64,000 bases of DNA from Candidatus Omnitrophota bacterium (GTDB lineage: Bacteria; Omnitrophota; Gorgyraeia; Zapsychrales; Fredricksoniimonadaceae), in contig JACQCF010000010.1 in the NCBI GenBank assembly GCA_016201795.1, forward strand, positions 15,095 through 79,094. Reading direction: 5' to 3'. The translations under genes and the position numbers were made by a program. This document shows positions 51,966 through 61,003 of this stretch, piece after piece (positions within the stretch are counted from its first letter, which is position 1; each line of letters starts with the position of its first letter). The notes below the pieces were generated by a model, which did no database searches, was not told the origin of the DNA, and saw only the letters and a list, made by a program, of their open reading frames with translations.

Positions 51966-53117
51966 ATGAACAAAAATATCCAAAGACTACTAAAGATAAA
52001 ACTCCCCAGGGGCCAATCCGCCTTTCTTTGGGGGCCCCGTAAAACGGGGAAATCCACATTTTTACGTCAACATTTCCCCAAGAGCATTATCTACGATTTT
52101 CTAAACACAGATTTATACGTTGATTTAGTTAAAAAGCCTTCTTTGCTTCGTCAGCATCTCTCAGCCCTCAAGGTCAAGGGGCCTGTTATTCTAGACGAAG
52201 TTCAAAAAATTCCGGCTATTTTGGATGAAGTCCACTGGATGATAGAAAACATGAAGTTATCTTTTATTCTATGCGGATCATCCGCCAGAAAATTAAAACG
52301 CGGTCAGGCCAATTTATTAGGGGGAAGGGCATGGCGGTTTGAAATGTTCCCGTTAGTTTACCCGGAAATAGAGAATTTCAACTTGTTGCACGCATTAAAC
52401 AACGGTTTATTGCCGGCGCATTATTTGCAAAAAGATGCCTCCAAATCCCTCGATGGCTATGTCAAAGATTATTTGAAAGAAGAAGTCTTTGAAGAAGGTC
52501 TCACGCGCAACATCCCGGCTTTTTCAAGATTTTTTGATTCCATGTCTTTCGATCATGGTCAAATGGTCAATTTTACAAACATAGCCAGGGATTGTTCTGT
52601 TGATGTTAAAACAGTCCAGCAATATTACCAGATCTTAGTGGATACGTTTTTGGGTTCATTTGTCGAACCTTATAAAAGAAAACAGGACCGGGCAATTATT
52701 TCACGAACACAAAAGTTTTATCTGTTTGACGTTGGAGTAGCAGGAGCAATAACCCGCAGACATATTGCCCAGGAAGCAGGAGAAGAATTTGGCAAAGCTT
52801 TTGAACATTTTATATTTACTCAGTTGGTAGCCTATAACAGTTATAAGCAGAAAAATATAAGAATCAATTATTGGCGTACTAAATCCGGATTAGAAGTGGA
52901 TTTTATACTAGGTAAGGGCGAGGTCGCTATAGAGGTCAAAGGAGCGAGCAGGGTCGATTTCACGGACATCAAAGGCTTGAGGGCTTTTTATGAAGAGCAT
53001 AGGCCTAAGAAGGCGATCGTTGTTACTAATGAAAGGGTTTCAAGAATTGAAAGGGGGATTCGTTTTTTGCCATGGGGGGAGTTCCTATCTTTGCTCTGGC
53101 GGGGAGATCTTATTTAG
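51966..53117 (+). CDS. AAA ATPase with DUF4143-type C-terminal domain
   Basis: GPRKTGKS, LDEVQK, GSSA, KFYLFDVG, EVDF...IEVK; own promoter TTGACA-N17-TATACT at 51904-51932; lower GC. Confidence 0.88.
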   Translation: MNKNIQRLLKIKLPRGQSAFLWGPRKTGKSTFLRQHFPKSIIYDFLNTDLYVDLVKKPSLLRQHLSALKVKGPVILDEVQKIPAILDEVHWMIENMKLSFILCGSSARKLKRGQANLLGGRAWRFEMFPLVYPEIENFNLLHALNNGLLPAHYLQKDASKSLDGYVKDYLKEEVFEEGLTRNIPAFSRFFDSMSFDHGQMVNFTNIARDCSVDVKTVQQYYQILVDTFLGSFVEPYKRKQDRAIISRTQKFYLFDVGVAGAITRRHIAQEAGEEFGKAFEHFIFTQLVAYNSYKQKNIRINYWRTKSGLEVDFILGKGEVAIEVKGASRVDFTDIKGLRAFYEEHRPKKAIVVTNERVSRIERGIRFLPWGEFLSLLWRGDLI

Positions 53118-53220
53118 AACAAATTATAAAAGGACTTTAGCCAAGAGCTCATAAATTCAGGTAATGACAAAATAAAAAACCGTGGTACAATATCCCAATT
53201 GACCACGGTTTTTAGTTCCT

Positions 53221-55380
53221 ATGTCCTGCAAAATCATCACAATCTTCAGTAATAAAGGCGGGGTTGGCAAAACCTTCGTCGCTGTTAACACGGCCGCGGC
53301 GCTGGCGCTCAAAGGCAAAAAAGTTTTAGTGGTTGATTTTGACCTTCAGGCCGGCCAGAACATGGCCCGTATGTTCAATCTCACCCCTGCCCATTCTCTG
53401 GTGGACATCCTCTCGGCCATGGAAAGCGACGAGAAAAGCTATATCGTTAAGAAATTCGCCGCGCCTCATTCCAGCGGCCTGGACTTTTTACCGGCGGTCA
53501 ATCACGTCCGCCAGGGCGGCCATATTACTCCCGATAACATACGTCCCTTTTTCAAAAGAGCGGCAGCTCTTTATGATTATATCATCATTGACGCGGACAG
53601 ATCCTTTAGCGAGACGCTCATTAGCGTTTTGGATAACACCAATTTAATTTTATTGGTGACCACTCCCGATATTCTGGCGGTGTATCAGGCCAAAAGCGGC
53701 CTGGAGATTTTACAGAGCCTGCATTTTCCTTTAAAAATGTCCAAATTGATTTTGAACCGGGCCGAAAGCCGCGGCGGGGTGGCCTGGCAGGAAGTGCAGT
53801 CGGTTGTAGCCTGCGATATGTTCGCTCTTGTTCCTTCCGACGGGAAAACCGTTGGCCTGGCCTTAAACCGCGGTATTCCCTGCGTCATTGACAGTCCCCG
53901 GACGCGCGTTTCCGAGGTTTTCTTCGAATTGGCGGACAAACTGCAGGCGGAGGATATCTATGTGCATTCCTCCGACGTGGTTAAAGTGCGTACCGTGGAA
54001 GGCCTGAGCTCCAAAGGCAATGAATTTTGGGAAAAATTCGGCATTGCGCCCGGAGGGTCCTCACCGATGGAGGTGACCTATAAGAAGGAAGAAGACGAGG
54101 TCATTAAATTAAAAAAAGTCATTCACCAGAAGCTGGTGGAGCGCATGAACCTTAAAAAGATCTCCCCACAAGTCTTCACCGATACGCAACAGGCGGCCAA
54201 TATGCGCAAAGCCGCGGAAAAGTTGGTCACGGAACTTTTGGCCGAAACCTCGGGAACCATTATTGCTTCCCACGAGGAACGCTCCCGGCTGGTGCGCGAA
54301 ATTGTCAATGAAGCGCTGGGCTTAGGTCCGCTGGAAGATCTGTTGGTGGATGAGGATATTTCCGATATCATGGTCAACAACAAAGACGAAATTTTCATCG
54401 AGAAAAACGGTAAAATCATTTTGACCAACAAGCGTTTTATTTCCAATGAACAGGTGCGCGCCACCATTGACCGCATCATCGCCCCTTTGGGGCGCCGCGT
54501 GGACGAATCGACCCCGATGGTGGATGCCCGCCTGCCCGACGGCTCGCGTATTAACGCCATTATCCCGCCGCTGGCCTTAAACGGTCCGATGATTACCATC
54601 CGCAAATTCTCTCAGGAGCGTTACACCATGGAGGATTTGCTCACTAAATTCAAAAGTATTTCCCAGCCCATGGCGGACTTTTTAGACGCCTGCGTGATTG
54701 GTCGCAAGAATATGATCATCTCCGGCGGGACCGGCGCAGGCAAGACCACGCTTTTAAATATTGTGTCACATTTTATCCCCGACAATGAACGCATCATCAC
54801 CATTGAGGATGCGGCGGAGCTGCGTTTGAGCAAAGTGCATTGGGCCCGCCTGGAATCGCGCCCGTCTAACGTGGAAGGCAAGGGCCATATTGCCATTCGG
54901 GATCTTTTTATCAACACGCTGCGTATGCGCCCGGATCGTATCATCATCGGCGAGTGCCGCGGCCCGGAAGTTTTGGATATGATGCAGGCGATGAACACCG
55001 GCCACGACGGCTCGCTGACCACCTTGCACGCCAACACCACCCGGGACGTCCTGGCGCGTTTATCGTCGATGGTTTTGCTCTCCGGCATTGAGCTTCCCAT
55101 CCGTGCTATTTATGAAATGGTGGCCTCCTCCATCAATATCATCGTGCAAATTTCCAGGTTTTCCGACGGTTCGCGCAAAATTACGGCCATTTCCGAGCTC
55201 ACCGGCAAAATGGTCGAGGGCCTGCCAGAGATGAAAGATGTTTTTGTCTTCAAGCACAGGGGCATCAATACCGAGGGGGTTGTTTTAGGAGAGTACGTGG
55301 CCACTGGCTTTGTGCCCAAATGCTACGACGATTTTATGACGCGGGGAATTCCGCTCAGCAAAACGATTTTTAATCCGTGA
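53221..55380 (+). CDS. Fused CpaE/TadZ (MinD-like) and CpaF/TadA pilus ATPase
   Basis: N-terminal KGGVGKT deviant Walker A; C-terminal GGTGAGKTT, IEDAAEL, RMRPDRIIIGECRG, MNTGHDGS. Confidence 0.92.
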   Translation: MSCKIITIFSNKGGVGKTFVAVNTAAALALKGKKVLVVDFDLQAGQNMARMFNLTPAHSLVDILSAMESDEKSYIVKKFAAPHSSGLDFLPAVNHVRQGGHITPDNIRPFFKRAAALYDYIIIDADRSFSETLISVLDNTNLILLVTTPDILAVYQAKSGLEILQSLHFPLKMSKLILNRAESRGGVAWQEVQSVVACDMFALVPSDGKTVGLALNRGIPCVIDSPRTRVSEVFFELADKLQAEDIYVHSSDVVKVRTVEGLSSKGNEFWEKFGIAPGGSSPMEVTYKKEEDEVIKLKKVIHQKLVERMNLKKISPQVFTDTQQAANMRKAAEKLVTELLAETSGTIIASHEERSRLVREIVNEALGLGPLEDLLVDEDISDIMVNNKDEIFIEKNGKIILTNKRFISNEQVRATIDRIIAPLGRRVDESTPMVDARLPDGSRINAIIPPLALNGPMITIRKFSQERYTMEDLLTKFKSISQPMADFLDACVIGRKNMIISGGTGAGKTTLLNIVSHFIPDNERIITIEDAAELRLSKVHWARLESRPSNVEGKGHIAIRDLFINTLRMRPDRIIIGECRGPEVLDMMQAMNTGHDGSLTTLHANTTRDVLARLSSMVLLSGIELPIRAIYEMVASSINIIVQISRFSDGSRKITAISELTGKMVEGLPEMKDVFVFKHRGINTEGVVLGEYVATGFVPKCYDDFMTRGIPLSKTIFNP

Positions 55381-55715
55381 TCAAAAATCTTACCCGACAG
55401 ACCATTCTGGCGACCTGCGTCGAAATCGCTCATACGCCTTTGAAACGGATGCGGGGTCTGGTCGGCCGTTTGTTCCTCAAACCAACCGAGGCTTTGGTCA
55501 TTGCCCCTTGCCAGAGCATTCATATGCTGTTTATGAAATTTCCCATCGACGTCATTTTTCTCGACGATAAAAATAAAGTCATAGGCCAAAGGGCGCGCAT
55601 CAAGCCTTTTCAATTCTCGGCGATTTTTTGGAAATCTGCTTGCGCCATCGAATTGCCGGCTGGTACAATTGAGCTAACCCATACACAACTTGGCGATCAA
55701 ATACAAATTTCTTAA
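55377..55715 (+). CDS. DUF192 domain protein
   Basis: RMRGL, SIHMLFMKFPIDVIFLD, IELPAG. Confidence 0.88.
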   Translation: MIKNLTRQTILATCVEIAHTPLKRMRGLVGRLFLKPTEALVIAPCQSIHMLFMKFPIDVIFLDDKNKVIGQRARIKPFQFSAIFWKSACAIELPAGTIELTHTQLGDQIQIS

Positions 55716-55768
55716 TGCTAGATTATTGCTGCCTGAAAAATGCTATAATTGGAATGGAGGTGAATCCT

Positions 55769-55972
55769 ATGAAAACACAAGCTCATGAACCAATCACCAT
55801 TGATGAACCCATGGTTTTGGTTCCAGCCGAAGAGTATGATTTATTGATTAAAGAGGCCGGTTATAGACCGACCCCCCATCTCAGTCGGCAAATCAAGAAA
55901 GCTAAAGAGAATTTCCGTAAGGGAAAGTCTTTACCGTGGAGAAAAGTAAGGGATGAGCTCTTATCACGTTGA
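55769..55972 (+). CDS. Putative antitoxin
   Basis: GGAGG SD; VLVPAEEYD...W.KV; overlaps the RelE gene. Confidence 0.7.
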   Translation: MKTQAHEPITIDEPMVLVPAEEYDLLIKEAGYRPTPHLSRQIKKAKENFRKGKSLPWRKVRDELLSR

Positions 55973-56216
55973 TATTGACCCTGCCGCTCGTCGTGACCTT
56001 AAGAAATTCAAACGCAATTTTTCTTTATTGCGAATCTTTATTTCCTTGATTGATGGTCTTGCAACATCTCCTTTTGAAGGCAAGCCATTGGCAGGCGATA
56101 AGAAGGGATGCTATTCCCTGCGGCATCAGGATTATCGGATTATTTACACCATTTATCCCGAGTCTAAAACAGTGCTTGTTATCAGTATTGGTCATCGTTG
56201 GGAAGTTTATCGTTAA
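55953..56216 (+). CDS. RelE/ParE family toxin
   Basis: GKPLAGDKKGCYSLRHQDYRIIY...IGHRWEVYR. Confidence 0.88.
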   Translation: MSSYHVDIDPAARRDLKKFKRNFSLLRIFISLIDGLATSPFEGKPLAGDKKGCYSLRHQDYRIIYTIYPESKTVLVISIGHRWEVYR

Positions 56217-56224
56217 GGTATGCC

Positions 56225-57700
56225 ATGGGAGTCGTCTACAAACTAACTCCGGAGATCAGCTCCTTTATCATCGAGCAAAAAAAGAGCAACCCGCAATTGA
56301 CCTGTCAACACTTAGCGGGGCTGGTGCTGTCGCGTTTTGGCCAGCCGCTTTCCAAATCCTCGGTGCATGAGCTTTTAAAACAGTCGCATACCATCACCCC
56401 CCGCCTGCACAAGCTTAAGAATAAATTTCAAATTCCGCCGCAGAAAAAGGCGCAGATTTTTCCGACAATCCTGGCGATGCCTGCCTCGCCGGCAGGCGGG
56501 CCTGCGCCAGATCCCCCACCGGCTCCCACCATTGAGCCTGTAGCCATGCAACAAGTTCCTCTGCAGAAACCGCCTCAACCGCTCACGCAGGGCCAAGTCC
56601 AACAACGCATGGGCGAGATTTTCCTCAAGGCCGCCTTCTGGGATCTGTCCTTTAAGCCCATTTTGGGCTTAAAGGATTTTGATGATATTAATGGTTCGAC
56701 GGGCTCACCATTAGATAAAAATAGTTTAAGATTAGAATGGGAATCCTTAACCAAGCCAGTTGAGGCGATCAAAGTAGAGTTAGAAGACAGCCATTGTTTT
56801 TACATCGACTGCCGCTTTCAAGGTTTATACGCGGATAATCCTCAAAAGGAATTTTTGGCCGCGCCTCTTGAGCGTTCTGCCGGGGAAATGCCGGATTACG
56901 TGCTTAATAATATTCAACCTTTGATCATTAGGGAATTTAATACAACTGATTCAATTACAACAGTTTATGATCTCATAGCGGCTTTTGAGAACTTACCGGG
57001 TAAGGCTATTACTAAAATTTCCCTTATAGGAGCTCAAAATCAAATTTTAACTGAATTTAGCTTGCCTCGCCGGCAGGCGGGCCTGCCTGTCGGTTTGCCT
57101 TTGGCTTATAAACGTCATTTTATCTTGGGAATATCTTCTAACTGTGAGGAATTTCAATGGGTTATGAAAGACCAAAAGCCGGAAAATCCCTGGCTAACGC
57201 CCCTCAAAGACAAAAAAGGTCAACCAATTGCCCTAAGAATCCTTAAAAAAGGTGGTAATATTATCATAACTAATTTATTATCATATAGTTATGATAATAT
57301 TATAAAGCTCTATCTGAACCGGCATCCTCAAAGCTTGTCATTCCCGAATGTTTCTATCGGGAATCTAGTAGTTGCCAATACTGGATCCCCGACTAAAACT
57401 TTCGGGGATGACACACTGACTAACCAATCCCAATGGCTCAAAAACCGTCTCAAGGAGCGCGCTCTGATGCTTTTCCCGTTGGATTTACCCCCGGCGGCCT
57501 TAGAGGAGATTTTAGCCCTGCCAGGCTTTGAGGCGTCTCATGAAAAAATGCTTCAGGTACACTTGAATGTGCCGGATCAGTTTCCCTATATTCAAAGTGT
57601 GCAGGCCGCCGCCGCATGCGTGAATAGTTTAGATATTACAGACCCCAAGGGCCGGAAAATCGATGTTCAAGTGGATGTTACGCATGTAGAGAGATTTTGA
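56225..57700 (+). CDS. Hypothetical protein with N-terminal HTH-like domain and Pro-rich linker
   Basis: NPQLTCQHLAGLVLSRFGQPLSKSSVHELLK; several in-frame repeat insertions. Confidence 0.7.
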   Translation: MGVVYKLTPEISSFIIEQKKSNPQLTCQHLAGLVLSRFGQPLSKSSVHELLKQSHTITPRLHKLKNKFQIPPQKKAQIFPTILAMPASPAGGPAPDPPPAPTIEPVAMQQVPLQKPPQPLTQGQVQQRMGEIFLKAAFWDLSFKPILGLKDFDDINGSTGSPLDKNSLRLEWESLTKPVEAIKVELEDSHCFYIDCRFQGLYADNPQKEFLAAPLERSAGEMPDYVLNNIQPLIIREFNTTDSITTVYDLIAAFENLPGKAITKISLIGAQNQILTEFSLPRRQAGLPVGLPLAYKRHFILGISSNCEEFQWVMKDQKPENPWLTPLKDKKGQPIALRILKKGGNIIITNLLSYSYDNIIKLYLNRHPQSLSFPNVSIGNLVVANTGSPTKTFGDDTLTNQSQWLKNRLKERALMLFPLDLPPAALEEILALPGFEASHEKMLQVHLNVPDQFPYIQSVQAAAACVNSLDITDPKGRKIDVQVDVTHVERF

Positions 57701-57826
57701 TACGATTTCCCCTCCCCTGGTGGGAGGGGTAAGGGGAGGGGGATCGACGGAGATCATCGTTTTTATGCCCCCGCCCTAACCCTCCCCACAAAGGGGGAGG
57801 GAATCCAAATTTTTATACAGGCGAGG

Positions 57827-57855
57827 TTGACATCGGGTATTTTATATGGCATACT
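57827..57855 (+). promoter_or_regulatory. Sigma70-type promoter of the pilin array
   Basis: TTGACA-N17-CATACT with an extended -10 TG. Confidence 0.7.
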
Positions 57856-57964
57856 TTATTTACGATAATGAGATGGATGTCAAAGACGTATTTAAAGTCT
57901 CCGAAAGAGACTTTTATTATAGACGGGCATAATCGTCTTCACGAAACAACCATAGGTGAACCCA

Positions 57965-58120
57965 ATGGGTCGCTTCAAAAATGTAAAAGCTCAAAACTTA
58001 ATCGAATACGCGATCGTGTTGGGTTTAGTCTCGGCAGCCATCGCTGCCATGAGCACCTATGTGTTTCGTTCAATACAGGCCGCCCAGAAGACGGTTGATC
58101 AGGAATTCGGCGCACAATAA
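57965..58120 (+). CDS. Flp-like prepilin, 51 aa (not in the ORF track)
   Basis: MGRFKNVKA|QNLIEYAIVLGLVSAAIAAMSTYVFRSIQA. Confidence 0.8.
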   Translation: MGRFKNVKAQNLIEYAIVLGLVSAAIAAMSTYVFRSIQAAQKTVDQEFGAQ

Positions 58121-58146
58121 CGTTCTTACAACAGGAGACATAATCT

Positions 58147-58428
58147 ATGTTTAGAAATATAAATGGTTCGAAGGGCTCGCCACGAGATAAACTCGGGCAG
58201 AGCACCGTAGAGTACATCATTCTGGTAACCGCTGTGATTGCGGTGGTGATTCTGTTTGTCGCCAATCCAGGTACCGGATTTCAAAAGAAGGTTAACAGCA
58301 CGTTGGAGACAGCAACTCAAGGGATGGAGGATAAAGGGGCTTTTTTGAGTACTTCGCATAATACAGCCCCTGGGAATTCCGACTTGCCGCAGATAAACGT
58401 TGACATAACGAGCAATCTGCTACCTTAG
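58147..58428 (+). CDS. Flp-like prepilin (type A)
   Basis: G|QSTVEYIILVTAVIAVVILF. Confidence 0.85.
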   Translation: MFRNINGSKGSPRDKLGQSTVEYIILVTAVIAVVILFVANPGTGFQKKVNSTLETATQGMEDKGAFLSTSHNTAPGNSDLPQINVDITSNLLP

Positions 58429-58479
58429 TTACTTTAAGAAAAGTTCCTTAATAACCTTAAGGAAAATTTAGGAGGATAT

Positions 58480-58842
58480 ATGTTAAGACAGTTATTCAAA
58501 AATAAAAACGGACAGAACACCGCCGAATACGCGTTGTTGATTGCCCTGGTTGTTGCAGGCATTGTGGCCATGCAAACCTATGCCCAGCGGTCCTTACAGG
58601 CGCGGGTGCGCGATGCTTCGCAGTATTTGACAACCACGACCAACACCATAGGTAATTCGGTGCAGTATGAGCCTTATTATTTGCAAACCAATTACGAGGT
58701 CACACGTGACAGCGGCAGTAATCAAAGGTTGAGCAAAGGCACCACAGCCGCGGATTCTTTCACCAATCGCGAACGTGCGAAAGGCGGCTCTCAAGTGTCG
58801 ACGTATAATACGTCTGTAAATGGTTTGACTAATGGACTTTAA
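58480..58842 (+). CDS. Flp-like prepilin (type B)
   Basis: G|QNTAEYALL...MQTYAQRSLQAR...QYEPYY; AGGAGG SD. Confidence 0.88.
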   Translation: MLRQLFKNKNGQNTAEYALLIALVVAGIVAMQTYAQRSLQARVRDASQYLTTTTNTIGNSVQYEPYYLQTNYEVTRDSGSNQRLSKGTTAADSFTNRERAKGGSQVSTYNTSVNGLTNGL

Positions 58843-58898
58843 GCTAAACACAACCCTGTGCCCTGGAGGGTACAGGATGATCATTTAAGGAGGAAGGT

Positions 58899-59231
58899 AT
58901 GATTGCTTATCTTAATCGTCACAGAGGACAAAGCACGCTCGAATATGCGGTGCTGATTATCATCATCATCGCGGCTTTGCTCTCCATTCAGATTTATATC
59001 AAACGCGGCGTGCAGGGCCGTTTAAAGAGCTCCGCCGATGATATCGGTGATCAGTTCTCGCCGGGCAATACCAATGTTCTTAAGGCGGAGAAGACCAAAA
59101 CTGTAGAAAGCCAACAGTTTGGTATCACCGGTCAAGGCGTGCAAAACAGCACCTTGCTTAATAAGGAAACAACTAACTCGGCCACACAATCGGTTGTTGT
59201 CAACAATGATCAGGAATACTGGGGACAATAA
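58899..59231 (+). CDS. Flp-like prepilin (type C)
   Basis: G|QSTLEYAVL...YIKRGVQGRLKSSADDIGDQF; AGGAGG SD. Confidence 0.88.
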   Translation: MIAYLNRHRGQSTLEYAVLIIIIIAALLSIQIYIKRGVQGRLKSSADDIGDQFSPGNTNVLKAEKTKTVESQQFGITGQGVQNSTLLNKETTNSATQSVVVNNDQEYWGQ

Positions 59232-59239
59232 CCAGTTCT

Positions 59240-59341
59240 TAGTAAATAGTAAATAGTAGATAGTAGATAGTTAATGGTGAGTGATTTTGGGACATGGTTC
59301 CTGAGGTCCTCACCATTTACTATTTACTATTCACCATTAAC
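59240..59341. repeat. Inverted heptamer-repeat arrays with no gene between them
   Basis: (AGTAAAT/AGTAGAT)n ... (ATTTACT)n. Confidence 0.8.
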
Positions 59342-59358
59342 GGACCATGAGGATTAGT

Positions 59359-59547
59359 ATGAGTAAGAAAGGCCAGAGCACCATAGAGTACATTTTGTTG
59401 GTGACCGCGGTGGTGGCAGTGGTGATTTTTTTGACAACCGGACAGAATTCCATGTTTCAGCAAAGACTGGCCAATACCATTAATATCACCACCAACGGCA
59501 TGGAAACCATGGCCAATCGTCTCACCAATTCGGCGGTCGTGCCGTAA
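59359..59547 (+). CDS. Flp-like prepilin (type A)
   Basis: G|QSTIEYILLVTAVVAVVIF. Confidence 0.85.
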   Translation: MSKKGQSTIEYILLVTAVVAVVIFLTTGQNSMFQQRLANTINITTNGMETMANRLTNSAVVP

Positions 59548-59559
59548 GGATGAAGGACT

Positions 59560-59982
59560 ATGGTCAAAGGACGCCGCCAGCAGGGGGTAACTTCTTTAGC
59601 CGAATACACCATGACGTTTTTTTTGGTGATCGCCGTGGTGGTGGCCATGACCACTTATATTCAGCGTTCCCTGCAGGCGCGTATACGCGATGCACGTCAT
59701 TACATGATTGCCGCCGTCAGCAATCAATGCGATGCCAATTGTATGAATGCCACAGGGTTAGCGGGCAGTAACACCATAGGAGAACAGTACGAGCCGTATT
59801 ATGCGGCAGTGAATGCGACGGTGAGTGCGGATAGCCTGGTTCGAAAAGGGCTTTTAGCACCAGGCGTTGGCAGTACGGGAATTTTTAGGGCGCAGACCAA
59901 CGAACAGAATCAAAGCGCCTCTGACAGCAACCAACTGCCGCCGGTCAATGCAGCGAATGATAAAGTATTGGGGGCGCAGTAA
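59560..59982 (+). CDS. Pilin-like protein (type B)
   Basis: GVTSLAEY...MTTYIQRSLQAR...QYEPYY; one Cys pair. Confidence 0.82.
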   Translation: MVKGRRQQGVTSLAEYTMTFFLVIAVVVAMTTYIQRSLQARIRDARHYMIAAVSNQCDANCMNATGLAGSNTIGEQYEPYYAAVNATVSADSLVRKGLLAPGVGSTGIFRAQTNEQNQSASDSNQLPPVNAANDKVLGAQ

Positions 59983-60426
59983 ATGGTGAATAATAAACGT
60001 AGCAGAGTTTCCCCTCCCCTTGTGGGAGGGGTAAGGGGAGGGGAATTAAAAAGGCGCATCGTCTTGTTTCCCCCCACCCTGGCCCTCCCCACAAGGGGGA
60101 GGGAAAAAGAAGGCCAAACCGTTTTAGAGTACATTTTATTAATCGGCATTGTGACGATAGCGCTGGTGTACATGGGCACGGATATCAAGCGCGGTATCCA
60201 AAGCGTGATTAAAGTGACGGCTGATCAAATAGGCAATCAACAGCAGTCGGAGCAGGATTTTAGCGCCACTGGCGGATATCTGGTTAATTCAGCAAGTTCC
60301 GTCAAAGACATTAGCCACAGATCCGTGCAGGAAAGAATCGGCGTGGTGACAACGGCGAGCGATGATTTTATGCAGACGACGACCAACAGTCTGACCAATG
60401 CGGGCTTTACGCCGACGGGGAATTAA
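59983..60426 (+). CDS. Pilin-like protein (type C) with a repeat inserted in its leader
   Basis: G|QTVLEY...IKRGIQ...ADQIG. Confidence 0.8.
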   Translation: MVNNKRSRVSPPLVGGVRGGELKRRIVLFPPTLALPTRGREKEGQTVLEYILLIGIVTIALVYMGTDIKRGIQSVIKVTADQIGNQQQSEQDFSATGGYLVNSASSVKDISHRSVQERIGVVTTASDDFMQTTTNSLTNAGFTPTGN

Positions 60427-60469
60427 GTAAATTCCCCTCCCCTGGTGGGAGGGGTAAGGGGAGGGGAGA

Positions 60470-60916
60470 TTGAAGATTTTAAGGTTTTGGAATCATGATG
60501 TGCCCAGGAATCGGGATGGGGTTTTACAAAAGATAGTTGATCGTTTGATTTCCCCCTCCCTAACCCTCCCCACAAGGGGGAGGGAAGGCCTGTTGGTGCG
60601 AGGCGTTAAAGGCCAGAGTTTTTTGGAATATTCCGTGCTGCTCATTATCATTCTGGCCGTATTTTTATCCATGCAGATGTACATCAAACGCGGCATTCAG
60701 GGCCGCTGGAAATCAGCGGTGGATGAATTCGGTGATCAATACGATCCGCGGGTGGCCAATTCCGCGGCCAGTTACACGTTACTGAGCAATTCCAGTACAC
60801 AGGTGACGGTTATTCCCGAAGCTAACGGCCAGGTGACCATGAGGCAGGACAGCACCAATGCGGTGGAGACCAAAGCGGGCAGCACCACGGTGGGGTCGGT
60901 TTCGGCTCAACCGTAA
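60470..60916 (+). CDS. Pilin-like protein (type C); true start may be TTG/GTG near 60593-60596
   Basis: G|QSFLEY...YIKRGIQGRWKSAVDEFGDQY. Confidence 0.8.
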   Translation: MKILRFWNHDVPRNRDGVLQKIVDRLISPSLTLPTRGREGLLVRGVKGQSFLEYSVLLIIILAVFLSMQMYIKRGIQGRWKSAVDEFGDQYDPRVANSAASYTLLSNSSTQVTVIPEANGQVTMRQDSTNAVETKAGSTTVGSVSAQP

Positions 60917-60924
60917 ATGGTGTC

Positions 60925-61003
60925 ATTGCTTCGTCGTCCCGCCTTGGCGGGACTCCTCGCAATGACACTTAATAGATATGAACAAACATAAAAAAGGCCA
61001 GGC
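60925..61003 (+). repeat. 79-bp exact direct repeat (second copy at 63400-63478)
   Basis: Half REP, spacer and ATGAACAAACATAAAAAAGGCCAGGC identical in both copies. Confidence 0.92.

Noticed and set aside
51880-53220. Target-site duplication around the AAA ATPase insert
   Set aside because: Only very short AATTGAC-type matches were found, which is not convincing.
59240-59341. Possible CRISPR array
   Set aside because: Degenerate 7-mers with no spacers, and no cas genes.
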